From the NCBI GenBank assembly GCA_965645245.1, contig OZ287067.1, forward strand, positions 372,001 to 436,000: 64,000 nucleotides of DNA, read 5' to 3'. Below are positions 27,386 through 39,432 of this stretch, piece by piece (position 1 is the stretch's first letter; every line of letters starts with the position of its first letter). The DNA is from Massalongia carnosa. Its lineage: Eukaryota. Made by a program: the position numbers and the translations under genes. Under the pieces are notes generated by a model. The model was not told the origin of the DNA and did no database searches. It saw only the letters and a list, made by a program, of their open reading frames with translations.

Positions 27386-28459
27386 TGGATTAGAACAGAG
27401 CGATTGGTTTGAAAGATGGGAATCTCTTAAAGAAAAATTGGAAACTCGGCGGATTATAGCTGAGATTAAGATATTTACAGTCAGAGGAAGCAACGCCGCA
27501 CATATTGTGTACCTGAATCGGGGTAGCACGCATGAGAAAAGACGGCAGCAGCCATACCATAAGAGAACATGCAGTCATCAAGCGGATTATAGAAATTGCA
27601 GCAAAGCCCCTTGCTTATGATCGGAGGCTAGCGTAACAGATATCTTAGAAGCTTTGAGACATTCCATAACATCATAATCTACAGAATCTTTACTTACAAT
27701 CATGTTGATCTGCTAGAAAACATGCGAGAAATATAAGGGCGTTATACCATGAACGAGGGCAGAACGTCCGGTGGGTAAATAAGAGCTTGACAAGCATTTT
27801 GTGTTGTCCGACAGTTATCTCGTAGAGCTAGTATGGGTGCTCAAATTGAAGGAGTCCATCTTTGGTTTCCATTAGATAGAATCGATACGCCAGCACGACG
27901 AGGTTAAGATTGCGATGTCCTGAAAGTATGGGATGGAGCTAAAATAGGCGTGCAAAAAGGCGCAGGGCTTTGATAAATGCTTGGCTCGATCGTCCCTTGG
28001 CCAGTACCTTTCGTCGTCGGTATGCACGTATGTTAAGAAGTCCTTCCAAAACCCTCTCGATCTTGTTCACCAGATAGCCAAGATCTATTCATACCTTTCC
28101 GTAGCTGGAATGATCTGCATGGCAAAGCAGTCTTCTTCAATTCGGGCAGCTTTAGTCTTTAGTAAGATTCCTCTTTCACAGAAACCAAAAGCGAGTAATG
28201 TATAATTCAGTACGTCCACCAACTCGATCCGGGTTGAGTTCGCTGATGCTTCAGCCATGCGTAAGCTCTAGAAGATCTTCCCTAGTTGTACTGCTTCAGT
28301 CTTTAAAATTATTATTTTCAGGCTTCTCAACGTCCTCTAATCCGATCTACTTCGATAGATGGCACTTTGTCATCCAAAGGAGGTTGAAGAACGGCACTGG
28401 CGATTGGACAGTTAGCGCCACCATCAACCCCTTGCGGTTGTGATTAGTTGTAGGTTTGC

Positions 28460-28550
28460 CTACCCGGGTTCGCCTAATTTAGCTAAGCCCTTTAGGTTAA
28501 TCAGCAGAAACCCCTGCGTAGTCACCCGAAGCCCCAAAGTAAGATTATGT
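28460..28550. repeat. degenerate relic related to the 17.4-kb MITE
   Basis: CCGGGTTCGCCTAATTTAGCTAAGCCC resembles 17481-17506, CTGCGTAGTCA matches 18020-18030, and AGCCCCAAAGTAAGATTA resembles the reverse complement of about 17981-18000. Confidence 0.55.
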
Positions 28551-30538
28551 ACTTCGTAGAGAAGTACGGAGTACTATTTTTACCTTGAGTAACCTAAAGT
28601 CAGATACGCTTAGAACCACACGAGAAACGAATCAAGGGGTATCTATCAAGTCTATCAAGGCACGACACGGTCCATAATCGCCCGATTCCCGATGTGAGAG
28701 TGAGGTAGGAAGCTTGAAGGTGCATACGCTAATCTACGTCTAGCTAAACCCCTTGCTCCACACTAACTCATACTGTTACCTCAAGGAAACTTTTATGAGA
28801 AGATGATTGTTTGCTTTAGTCAAAAGACTTTCGGCTGAATGATCGCAGAATCATGTCAGTCAATGAAGCGTTACATCATCGCAGCAGATTCATCCTTTGC
28901 TTGTTGGGCTGACAAGTTCGCGGTGATGCTGACGACGTGCGATAGAATTAGACTCACTTTGATCTTGTTGGTAGGGTACATGTAATTTGATCGCTCACCT
29001 TCTGCAATATGTTGCTAGGTGTCTACTCCTGAAGCTCCTTATCGTTTTGTCTTTTTAAGCACGGTTTCCTTTCCCGGCCGGTCTGTCTATATCAAGTTTT
29101 GACGTTATGGCTCCCACGTCTATTATGTCTTTCGACCTTCCATGGCCGGCCTCGTCTAGAAATACTAAGCCCTTCTCGTGGGCCGCATGATGATACCATC
29201 TACCACGAGAATTTGAAGATATCTTCAAATGCTTCTCCAGTCGTGAGCTAGAAGTCGTGAGCTAGATATGGTTGCTAAATTACTACTCTATGGCTATGCC
29301 ATGCGGCGCGTTGAAAACGGAGTTAATTGATTAAGCGTGGGTGCACCCGCTCCGCCATCTGTGTAACCTTATAGACTGTTGCTTCAAGCTTCTTATCATA
29401 TAAGTAGAAGCTCGGAGTGGCGTGTTGCCTTTTCCTAAAGACAGGTGATACTCGCCTTTCCTGCATTTCTAGAAGCCTTTCGTTTAAATGGGCGTCCGCT
29501 TAGATATCCCCCTGTAAATCTGATCCCCAGCCAACTCTAAAGCTTTTCTCCAACACATGCACGTGCATGTAGGGGTGTGGGCTTACGAGTTTAGGTCGCC
29601 TACCCTACGAGGGACCTTGTTTGATCCCTTGGGAGCTCTGATCCGGCTGCCTGAGAGCCACTTTCAAGTCGTGGCTACTAAGCGCAAAGGTATGCGGGTG
29701 TCATTCGGCACCTTTGGCACTACCTGGAACGAGGTGTGCAAAGCTAAGAACTTTTGGTTTGAAGGTACTGATCTCTTGAAAGGATATTCCGGGAGATATG
29801 CGAAACAATCGGGAAGTGAAGGAGCCTACTGCAGTTAAGATTTGAAAGGCCTCAAATAATGGTGCCCAAGAGTATGAAACATGGCTTTACTTACATGTAT
29901 AACTTTACCCGTCAGGAATCGGCGTCGATCGCAAGCCATAAAGCAATTCAGCACACTATGTCTTGTCAATACTTCGAGGGCTAGCCGAGTTGATTATAAA
30001 CCAATCCTGTACTAGCTGGGTTTTTGAACCTAGAAACATAAACATAGCCATTTTCTCAGTTGCTTGTCTACCCATCTCTTAGTCTAGATATCCACGTGTC
30101 CAGCTACCCACGCGAGTAGGCATTTGACCATTTCGCTACGGTAGTTGTATATGGATAGCTAAAGGACGCAAATGGTATTCAGCAGTGCAGGGTTCAGCAG
30201 TTTGATAACTGCACCGGTAGTTGAGCAAGAATCTCAATCGGTAGTTGGCTAGAATGTTGAATGATGGTTTTAATGGCTATGCGGGTACCTAATCAAGTTT
30301 TTAAAGAAATTACTGAACAAGTACTTGAACTAGTGGTCGGATGGGTATCTGTTTTGGATTTTGGATATTAGATATTCAAAACGTCGACTAGCACAGTTGA
30401 CTCATGGTTGAAAATAGCTAGACATTTCTTGTAAGTTTCTTGCGTACCGTTTTGGTCGTCATATAAGGGGAGGCGCCAAAGATGGAACCGCTAACCAGAA
30501 ACCTTGGCCCTCGGCTTCTTGAAAACTGGTGCTATAGT

Positions 30539-32123
30539 TTAAGAGAGGGCAGAGGTATTCGCTATGGTATCTGTAAACCGTGAGGTAAAAGGTGCCGTCT
30601 CATTTCCGTCTTCATCGTTGCGCGGTGGATTTGATACACAGCTAGTGCTCGACTGTACGTTGAAGACCGCTGGATCAGGAAGCCGGATGAGAACAGAACA
30701 AATCCTTTTAAGATGGGTGGGAGCGAATGATTTGTATACGTTTATCGTGAATTTGTAACTCGTCCATCTCTCTTTTCCTTCCCTATCAGTGATGTAGAAT
30801 TTTGTGATTGGATGACGATAGAAGCTTGCACCATCTCCATCGATTAGGGCGTAATGACCGTAGATTCGCACGGCTTCGTTATCGTGAGAGACAGAGAATG
30901 GTAGGACAGTTCGATGAAGCTCTGCTTGTCATCCAACTCGTCTAAAGAGTTCGACAATGCCTTTCACAGCGACACCTGCGCTATGCATATTCTAGCGATC
31001 AGCAACATTAAGGGCTTTATCGCCACACTTAACCTCACAGGTTAAGAACGGGAAGTACAAGTCTTCTCTGGCCATGACAGAGCATTGATCCATGTATCTG
31101 CTGACGAAAGGTGTAAGCCTGTTAAGTTCATCCTTCGTAAATGCAGATGCCCTAAACCCTACAGAATAATCCGGTTGTGGACGAGTATCCGTGAGAGGAA
31201 GGCATTTCAACCAAGATGAATTAACCTTTTCGATCAAAATTTCAAGCTCGGAAGCTCCATAAGTTGCCAATGTTCCTACGGAAGCCACAAGCAACCAGCC
31301 GATATCTTTGATAACCCTGGCTTCGTTTTCAGTTTAGATCTTCGAGCAGGTTTTAATTGAAGAGATCATCATGGAAAAATGAGTCCGATGGAACGGATTG
31401 TTCATCCTCCAGTAACTGCCGAAAAATAGTCATACAAGCTTCTGTGAGTTTTAAAGGAGGATGGTTCATGAAAGCTCCGGCAGTGGCAAGATAGGTCTCG
31501 TACTGAGCATCCTGGTAAGGAGCACTCTTTGCCTCTCGAGGCAAAGAACTAGATGCTCTCTGGCTAGATTGCAACTCTAGGCTGCGGAGAGATGAAGATC
31601 TCCTCCCTTGTAAGCGGCGAACTCATATTAGATTTACGTTTGAAGTACTCTTTAGGCCAGGTATATTTTTTTCTCCAGTACTCAACTGGATTGACGTCTC
31701 TCGGAAATTCCGAGCTAGAGCTGCTTTGGGAAGCAGAACTTTCGGAGGAGTTTCTCTGTCGATTAGCCTGATGATCTTCCTTATCTTGTTGGGCCACGAC
31801 TTCTTCGGTCTCAGTGCGTTTCCGCTTTGGGTCAATTTTCTGAGGGTTGGGTAAGCGTGACACGTCCTGTATGAGATTTGGCCGGAGTCAGCTTCAATAC
31901 AGCGTGGTAAAGGATGTTAAACGCGCCTCTTTGATTGAAATATTGTTACTCGTAGGGTTCGAATTGGTGAGAGGAACTGATCTTGTTCGGTCAAGAAAGC
32001 TTGAGCTGAAGAGTTTCAGTAAGAGAGATTCTAAGTACTCATAGTTTCTCTACCTTGGCCATTCAATGGCTTCATCGCCCGCTTAAGGTTTGTAACGCCT
32101 GATTTCACTCGCAATGGACCCAT
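30539..32123 (-). pseudogene. disabled member of a widespread fungal hypothetical family (DUF7924-like, nuclease-fold-like motifs)
   Basis: RPQPDYSVGF, YFPFLTCEVKCG...LNVADR*NMHS, FSVSHD...VRIYGHYA. Stops at 30992-30994 (CAG>TAG), 30929-30931 (CGA>TGA) and near 31335, frameshift near 31353. Family name from memory. Confidence 0.75.
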
Positions 32124-32784
32124 AATGATAGGACAACAGGAGCTGTATACAGAATCGTTGCTATCGATCGAGAAAAGTCAGACAAAACGCGTCACGGTAA
32201 GCGCTACCAGGAAGTGTTTAGATATAAGGTGGCACAGCACTACCATATTTCAGGACTTCGCAGGCTCATTTATATCAAAATAGCTCAACTATCACGTAGG
32301 GATTGGAAGAGAAGGGGAAACATACGGTCGATTCAATTAGCCCCCGTTAACCGCCCTTGAGATGGTGTCTCCAGCTGCCGTTTCATGAGATAGTAGACAA
32401 CTAATATTGAATGAGATATGTATACCTATATACAACGTATAGGAATGAAAGATGGCGGATTTACTAAAATAGGCTAAATGTAAAGTAATCGCTGACGCCA
32501 GCGTTTCTTGCAAGCGCCGGTTAGGTTAAATAACATGTTCACTTCGCAACATATTTATGCTTTACTATGTTGGAAGATGAGACACAAGTCTGTTTCGAAG
32601 CTTTCTTAACAGTGCCTCGTCAGCTTTCGATACAAGTCACTACTCAGCTTCTGGTTGCCTTTCACTAAGGAACATTAAGATCCTCTTTGCTATCGTCATT
32701 CTGACAATGAAGTGAGATGGGATGAAAAAGGCCGATGGTTTAATGAACCGTCCTTGCGTAAGGCAAGTCATCGAAAGCATGTGG

Positions 32785-32926
32785 AGAAGTACGAGTATTA
32801 CTTTAAGGAATTATCGAAAAGAAAAATATCTAAGAAGTACGAGTATTACTTTAAGGAATTATCGACAAGAAAAATATCTAAGAAGTACGAGTATTACTTA
32901 AAGGAATTATCGAAATGAAAAATCTC
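32785..32926. repeat. 48-bp minisatellite, about 3 copies
   Basis: AGAAGTACGAGTATTACTTTAAGGAATTATCGAAAAGAAAAATATCTA at 32785, 32833 and 32881 with few substitutions. Confidence 0.95.
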
Positions 32927-35230
32927 TACCTAGCTTTACAATGACCATTATGTCTCTTCTCTACACCTAGAAATCTAAATATTTATTCCAGAAACTGACG
33001 GATTTTGCCTCCAATTCCTCAACGATCAAATAATTCTACTTTCAGCGTTCCGACTTAATACGTTTCAAACCCTACAATCTCTTTCTCTTTAGCGTAAGCA
33101 TAAAAGTGGCGCTAGAATAGCTCTCGTTTAGCTGTCTGACTGCTATTGTGATTCGACGGTCGATATTCAGAGCTTCTGCAGCTGTGTAATGACGCTAACG
33201 GGTAGATCAAGCGTTGGTGGACGACTGACATTGGGTGCGTTGTTAAGGACCCAATCTTTGGGACATTGCCTCCCCCGTGGGGTGAATAGTCACACTTTCT
33301 GAAAGCGGATTTCCGAGACTCATCAAGCTAGCCATTATACAGAAAATCAGGTTATGGGTGGCGGCCCTGTTCGGCAGCCAGTAAAGGCGAACCCATTCTA
33401 GGCATAGAAATCGGAATACCTTCTTTATATCTCAGAGGGTAGCTTAGTGCTGCTATCTTGGTTTGATCATAGTTATCGATAATTTATTAAGCTTAGAACT
33501 CAAAAACCCGCCCTGTAATTTGAGCATGTCGCTACGCTTGGTTGCTTAGAGTGGGCTGCTCCAACAAGGTGTCTGGTTCGGACTCTCTTTGTCAGTATTG
33601 TTTCTAAAAAACCAGCTTTTTTAGGCTATCGTCAAGAACTACGAGTTCTTACATACACCATCCAGACAAGTGGCGTGTCAAACCGCTCGCAATAATGATC
33701 CGGTTGCTTCTCCCAACCTTCATCAACGTTCCTAGGATTCCGGTGAAGGGTACCTTCATGATGCCTCGCTGGGCGCTAATCTCATCGTCGGAAAACATAG
33801 CTGGCTTAACTTAAGGTATTACTCATGAGTTGTGGCAAGTGTGAGTTAGTTACGGCTGGCAAGGCGATTCGATGACATCTTTGCCGGAACAATGCAATAC
33901 GAATTGGCTCGCGCAACCAATGTAATCGAAAAGCCTAGAAATCATAATATCGTGGTGACAGAACAAGGTCTTAAAGCCATTCATTTGCTCGATGCAGGCT
34001 TGATCTAATGGAGTCACCGAGTCTCGACCACAAGCTTGCTGAGATTAATTGCAGAAGTTTTGGGACATAGCGGACCATCAGCTTGTTCCCTTCGGAGAAA
34101 GGCCAATGAAGGAACCATTTCGGCAAGAGATGAGCTGGCAAAATGGAAAGCCGAGAGAATACATATCACATGACAGTTGGTTGAATAGGTTACAGCAAAT
34201 AAGTAGACGAGAGTGCATATAGCATTACATTGCACAGACCCGATCCTCGAGTCGAAATCCTAGCCGCGTCATCATCTAACCAATGTCAGCCCGTCTAATA
34301 CGAGAATTCAGCCGATGAAGAAACCCTCTCCACCATCTATGTACGAAGTACCTAATCAGGTACTCCCAGTCCGGACGCCTCTGCCCCTCCTTCCCCTCCT
34401 TTCGTCGGTAGTAACTCTCTCTTACTTGCGCCCCGGCTACGGAGTACACGGAACCAACGCTCACTCACTCACTTACTAAAATGCCCCGAAAGCTCGCCAT
34501 TGGCGCCCACTTCTTCACCACCCCACTAGTTTCCACCTATGCGCGTTCATATGTATGCAATATGCAATCTGTAGGGATGTTCTCCGTACGGTGACCGATA
34601 GTTAAATCATGCCGAACCGAGCCGTCGGATCTCTCAGCTTTGGCTCCTCCCCCACCAAGCCCCAAATCGCGGGAACCGCGGGACGGACAGCGAAACAGTA
34701 CTCTAGGTACCTAAACCAGAGTTCGTACGGAGTATGTAATCTAATGACGTTAAGCACGAAACCGCTAGTTAATTGGGCAGCCCCCAAATCTCCTCCGCAG
34801 GTCGAGCGGCTAGGCTATCATTTCCCAAGCCATACGGAGTAACTGTCCAACTAACTACCAAGGCTTTCCTCGAGCGGGACTTGCCTTTATTTTCTTCCTT
34901 TTGCAAATGGCATAGGGCGGAGCGCCTAAAAAGGAGCGGCGGGGTGCCGGATGTCATGTTCAAGTGCAGAGTAACAAGTTATTGGAGCGTGTGAGATTTC
35001 AAGGCAAAACTACTAAAGATAGACGACTCTGATGGAGTGATAGATCAGAATGTCTTATTGATTTTCAACTATGAAGCTGAGATGTGCATTGTTGCCAATG
35101 GCTAAGTGATGCTGGCAAGCCAGCCTTTAAGCGAGTTCGGCCAATGGGATAGCCATGGCTTCTAGCTATCAAGGAGCAAGTGCATACGCTTTCAAGGGCG
35201 TCATATCCTTCGTCATCGCAAAGGGCTCTT

Positions 35231-36375
35231 CTACCCACCCCTCTCATAGTTCGCAACTTCTGGCTCTATATCCCTTCCATCCCCATCGCCCGGCGGGAAT
35301 GGCCGCTCAATCTTAAAGCCGATATGATGCCTCATGCGATCAACATACGCGTTGGCCTCGGCCGAGTAAAAGGGTAGTTCTCGCCGCTGGTAACTGGCGG
35401 GGAGATCCTCGTCAACATAGAATGTCCGCACGTCATCCACAAACAATGTCGTAGATCCGTCGGGTCCTAAGCGGCCGAGGGTGCCGACGAGGTTCGAGTA
35501 TTGGGCCCTGTTACGCACTTATGTTAGACCACAAAACCCTGCTAGGAGCTTGCTCAATGCGAAACATACAATGAACAGACAGCGTCCCGATTGCCGAAGC
35601 GGAAATTTGGATCCTCGGCCTTACTCTGGTTGTGGCGGAGATGATGATGCTCCGCGAGGTCTTCGAGAGTCAGGGTCTCGCCGTTCTTGGAAAAGCTCAA
35701 AAGAGATTCGAACAGCGTCATGTTGATATTCACATTTTCTCCCACAGTGCGATCGTTTCGTGTTGGGGCAGTAGGACAATTGATAAGGTGTTGGACTTTA
35801 TCGTCCTAAGAGATAGATGTTTGAGAAAACTCTCATGCCCTGCCATGACTTGACGAAATACGTACATTGAACCAATCAAGATCGATGCGGGTGCTAGGTG
35901 CATGAACTGCAAAGGTAGGCCAAACCACAATCACAATCTATATCATTATCAGCAATCAAGGCTGCAACGGAGCTTCCGTTCGTACGTTGTCGATTCCAAA
36001 GTTGTAGACTTTCGCTACTGCATTAATGATCTCTTCGGCGGTGATCTGTCTGCCCGATCTAGGGAGGTATCCCCGATTAGCCAGAACGTTAATAGCCGGA
36101 CAAGATGACCGCCGGTAAAGTCCATTCTCGGAGCCGTTAACGTGGTGTTCGTAGTAGTGGGTGGTCTCGTTAATATTAAAAGGCAATTTGCCCGGGGAAG
36201 GATGCTGGGGGGTAGGAGTGAATGGGCATTCGCAATTAAGTGCTTTGGGTTCCAGAAGGACCTCTTGAGCAAATGATGCCTCAGCAACTGAAAGACATAG
36301 TGAAAAGAAGACGATAAGAGAGAGGAGAAACGAAAGGCGGAAAGGTAAGGTACGAAGGAGTTGAGATTGGGGCAT
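35231..36375 (-). CDS. heme-thiolate peroxidase (chloroperoxidase/UPO family) homolog with non-canonical active-site motifs, 4 exons
   Basis: Signal-peptide-like N-terminus. RSSCPAINVLANRGYLPRSG (proximal Cys region), N.TLFE.LL, LTLEDLAEHHHLRHNQSKAEDPNF, FYVDEDLPASY. Three GT-AG introns. Confidence 0.85.
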
Positions 36376-39300
36376 CGGTAGCTGATAGGAATGAACTTTG
36401 GTAAATGGGTAGGAGGACAAGCTTGGGGGTCTTGCCAGTGTGTATGTACGAAGTCCGGTAAGATGATCAGCAGCTCAGTGTCTATCTTAAGTGCTGCCTG
36501 CTTCTATCGCCGCCAATATGCTCTGTCCGTTCTCTCGTGTTAGCCAACCAATGGATAGTACGCAGGTACTTAACGCCGGCAGCTATGTTTTCGTCCAAGC
36601 GTACAGAGTACTTCTGAACAGAGTGCTGGATCGCCGATTGCGAGAAATCCGCCCTGCAATGCTGTACTGCCACGTTTGAAGTTGGTGTTGAGAATGGATG
36701 GCCTAGGTCTTCGGCTTTGGAAGTAGCTTTGTTCTGTACTCCGTACAACGACGCTTAAAGCATGCATATGTGTAGGTTCACATGAAGCATAGGTACTGCA
36801 ATGGATCACGTGCCTCGTCACACCGCATTTGACAAGGAACGTATGAAGCGCCTTTTCTTGAACGTATCCCACTCCACGTTACACGACAGTCCCCCGCAGT
36901 GCCAAGAGGGTTTAATCACACCAATCACTTCGCCATTTGTCCCACTCACTCTAACGCTATACGGACTCGTTGATATTTTCCCGTCTTTGGCTGCCTAGGT
37001 ACCCAGCGTTCTTGTCGTCCGTTTTAAAAACGTATTACTTCTTTGTATTTTAAAGTACAGAGGTATGGACTCCTAGTTCAGTAATCCGACGCTGTGAGTC
37101 TTGAATGATTCCTTTTAGAAGAGAACCAGCCAATTTCCCTCCACCTTTCTCACTCCACCTAAATACACCTAAATACAGATTACCTTACTGACTTACGTGC
37201 TTGGACTTTGTACCGTAGGCAAACTGACCCAGCAAGGCCCGTCCCGGAATATCATCAACCTTAATTCGACCGCTAACGCTAGCTAAATCAACGAGTATGT
37301 ATGTACCTGGTGCCAATATAGGTAAATACTTTATCTGCTTATTAAAGAGACAAACTTCAGGCACATGCAAGAATTGTCCCTTCAAACCAAGCTGTAAGGG
37401 ACTCTAATTTTGATGGGCTCACCCATAGTATTCCAGAAGATGACTTTATACCAAGATTGTCCTCTTCCAAACTTCAACGGGTCATGCAGGGGAGCAGTAT
37501 AAGCTTGCTCGACTTTGCTGCGGATATTAGTAATAAAGACATCAATCAATATTCTCATTGAACGAGATCATGTTGGCGAGATCGTCATGCTCAAAGTTCT
37601 GAAGCTCGTTTATCATCCATTCTGCTGAGAGTTCAGAAGATTGCATAGGATTGTGGGCTTCATTAATGTCACCGATATCTCCAGCTACTGACCAGACGCC
37701 TTCAACATCTCCTTGATTGCCTGCAAAAAGAACTCCTTAACATCTTGAACGTCGCTCGAGACAGCTATTGTGTATTGGGCAAGGGGAGCAAGCTTGAATT
37801 TCAGTCGTCATTCGTCAATAGAAACAGCGTGACGGATATAATCTACGGTTCAAGAACGGTGGGTAGATGTGTTTTAGTGGTAAGTGGCATGTCAAAATTG
37901 CGGCGGAGCTGATGGTGTCGAACAACCCTTGAAAATGAACCTTGGCGTTGACTCGGCATAATGTCTTCTTGAAGGTTTGAAACCGTTGTTGAGCTTCTGC
38001 TGTCTTGGAGCCACTGCCTTTCTCATATCTTAATCTAACCTATAGGCAAAAGGCACCATTTCTTCGTTGGCCATTTAAAGTATGCTAATCGTGCTGATCA
38101 TCCAAGTAAGAAGACGAGCTCCTCCCAAAAAGCCGGCGATAAATATCCTGTCCGTCTCAAAATTATATCGCATGACGAAGCGATACCTAGCGATGACGTG
38201 TTGGTTCAAACTTGTGCCAATTGCCTCGCCGATCTTTTCTAATACTCATCACACGAATGTTCTCCAGATTTCGAAATTAAGGGATCCGTCTCCAGTCGTA
38301 TAGGTCCCTAGTGAATCTACGTTTTACGGGAAATATACCAGCATAAACTCAAAGCACAGAAACAGTAAGGCAGGACTTATGCTGGTAGTAGTGGAGTTGA
38401 TCGGGGCTTGCACGATCTAATTTCTGATAGAACTTGACAATACTATTATCGGACACGTCTTCAGCTTCATGATTTCCAGTTCCATCAACTTACGAAACAA
38501 GCATTGATGTTCTCCTACCCAGCGAGCTTTGATTTGAGGCAATGTTCGTAAGATCCACTGCTGAAGCATAGAACTCCTAGTTGAAGTCCTCAACAGTCAA
38601 AGGATAACGGGTGAGCGACAATATGGAAAAGATGACAGCAAATAAGCTTCGAATATAATCTACAATGGCATACATTATAGAAAGCGAACGTAACCAGCTA
38701 TCTACTAGGTAACCCAGATGTACTTAAGACCCCTAATACAAATCGTTGGAAACCAGTCCCGAAAGCGTCAGGGCAACTAACATGTTCTTCTGTCATCATA
38801 AAACATGACTAGTAAGAAAGCTTTCTGGTTGAAATAATGAAACCATTGTATTGACGCCAAAAGTACAGTGTATTCTGCACTAGATATGGTTATTACTGTG
38901 GTACATTTTGCAATCCCACTCTAAAATCGAGTTCTTGGAGTTAGTCTCAATCCTCGCTTGCCTTGACGCCTCGTCTTAGCACATGGTGTGAAAGCCAGTC
39001 AGGTCACCTCCCTTGCACCTATTGTAAACATACCTAACTGTTTTACACATATCATGTGCGCGTTCATGAACCTTCTTGGGCCTTCACTGCATGATTCTTT
39101 GCTGCACGTGGATCCCTCAGTGCAACGAGCTGGCGGGGTATGTATCAATGCTTGAACTTTTCGAGTCTGCAAAGAAGAGAGGACGAACCCCCGTCGTAAC
39201 AATGTGGCTTGTTGAGACAAATTACTGTGTCCAGCCAGGTGTTGAGGTCCTCGTAGAACAATCCAGCCAAATACCCCAATCATATTCTACAGGGCATTTT

Positions 39301-39432
39301 GCCGAGAGACTTCCGATATTTAGGGGAGTCTTTGGGCTGTGTTTAAATAGTGTGCAGCTCCCTCCATTCGTGAAAATCGAGATGTGATAGCTTGTCAGCC
39401 ATATTTTGCTATCGGACCTAATTTCAAGCACC

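Noticed and set aside
32712..32918. ORF with KYEYYFKELS repeats; CRISPR-like appearance
   Set aside because: It is the translation of a head-to-tail 48-bp minisatellite with no spacers, in eukaryotic DNA.
34276..34963. Short Trp/Arg-rich minus-strand ORFs downstream of the peroxidase
   Set aside because: Could not be joined into a credible gene or into the peroxidase model.
37185..38000. Protein-like minus-strand fragments between the peroxidase and dioxygenase genes
   Set aside because: No recognisable family or consistent exon chain. May be a relic, which would weaken the shared-promoter idea.
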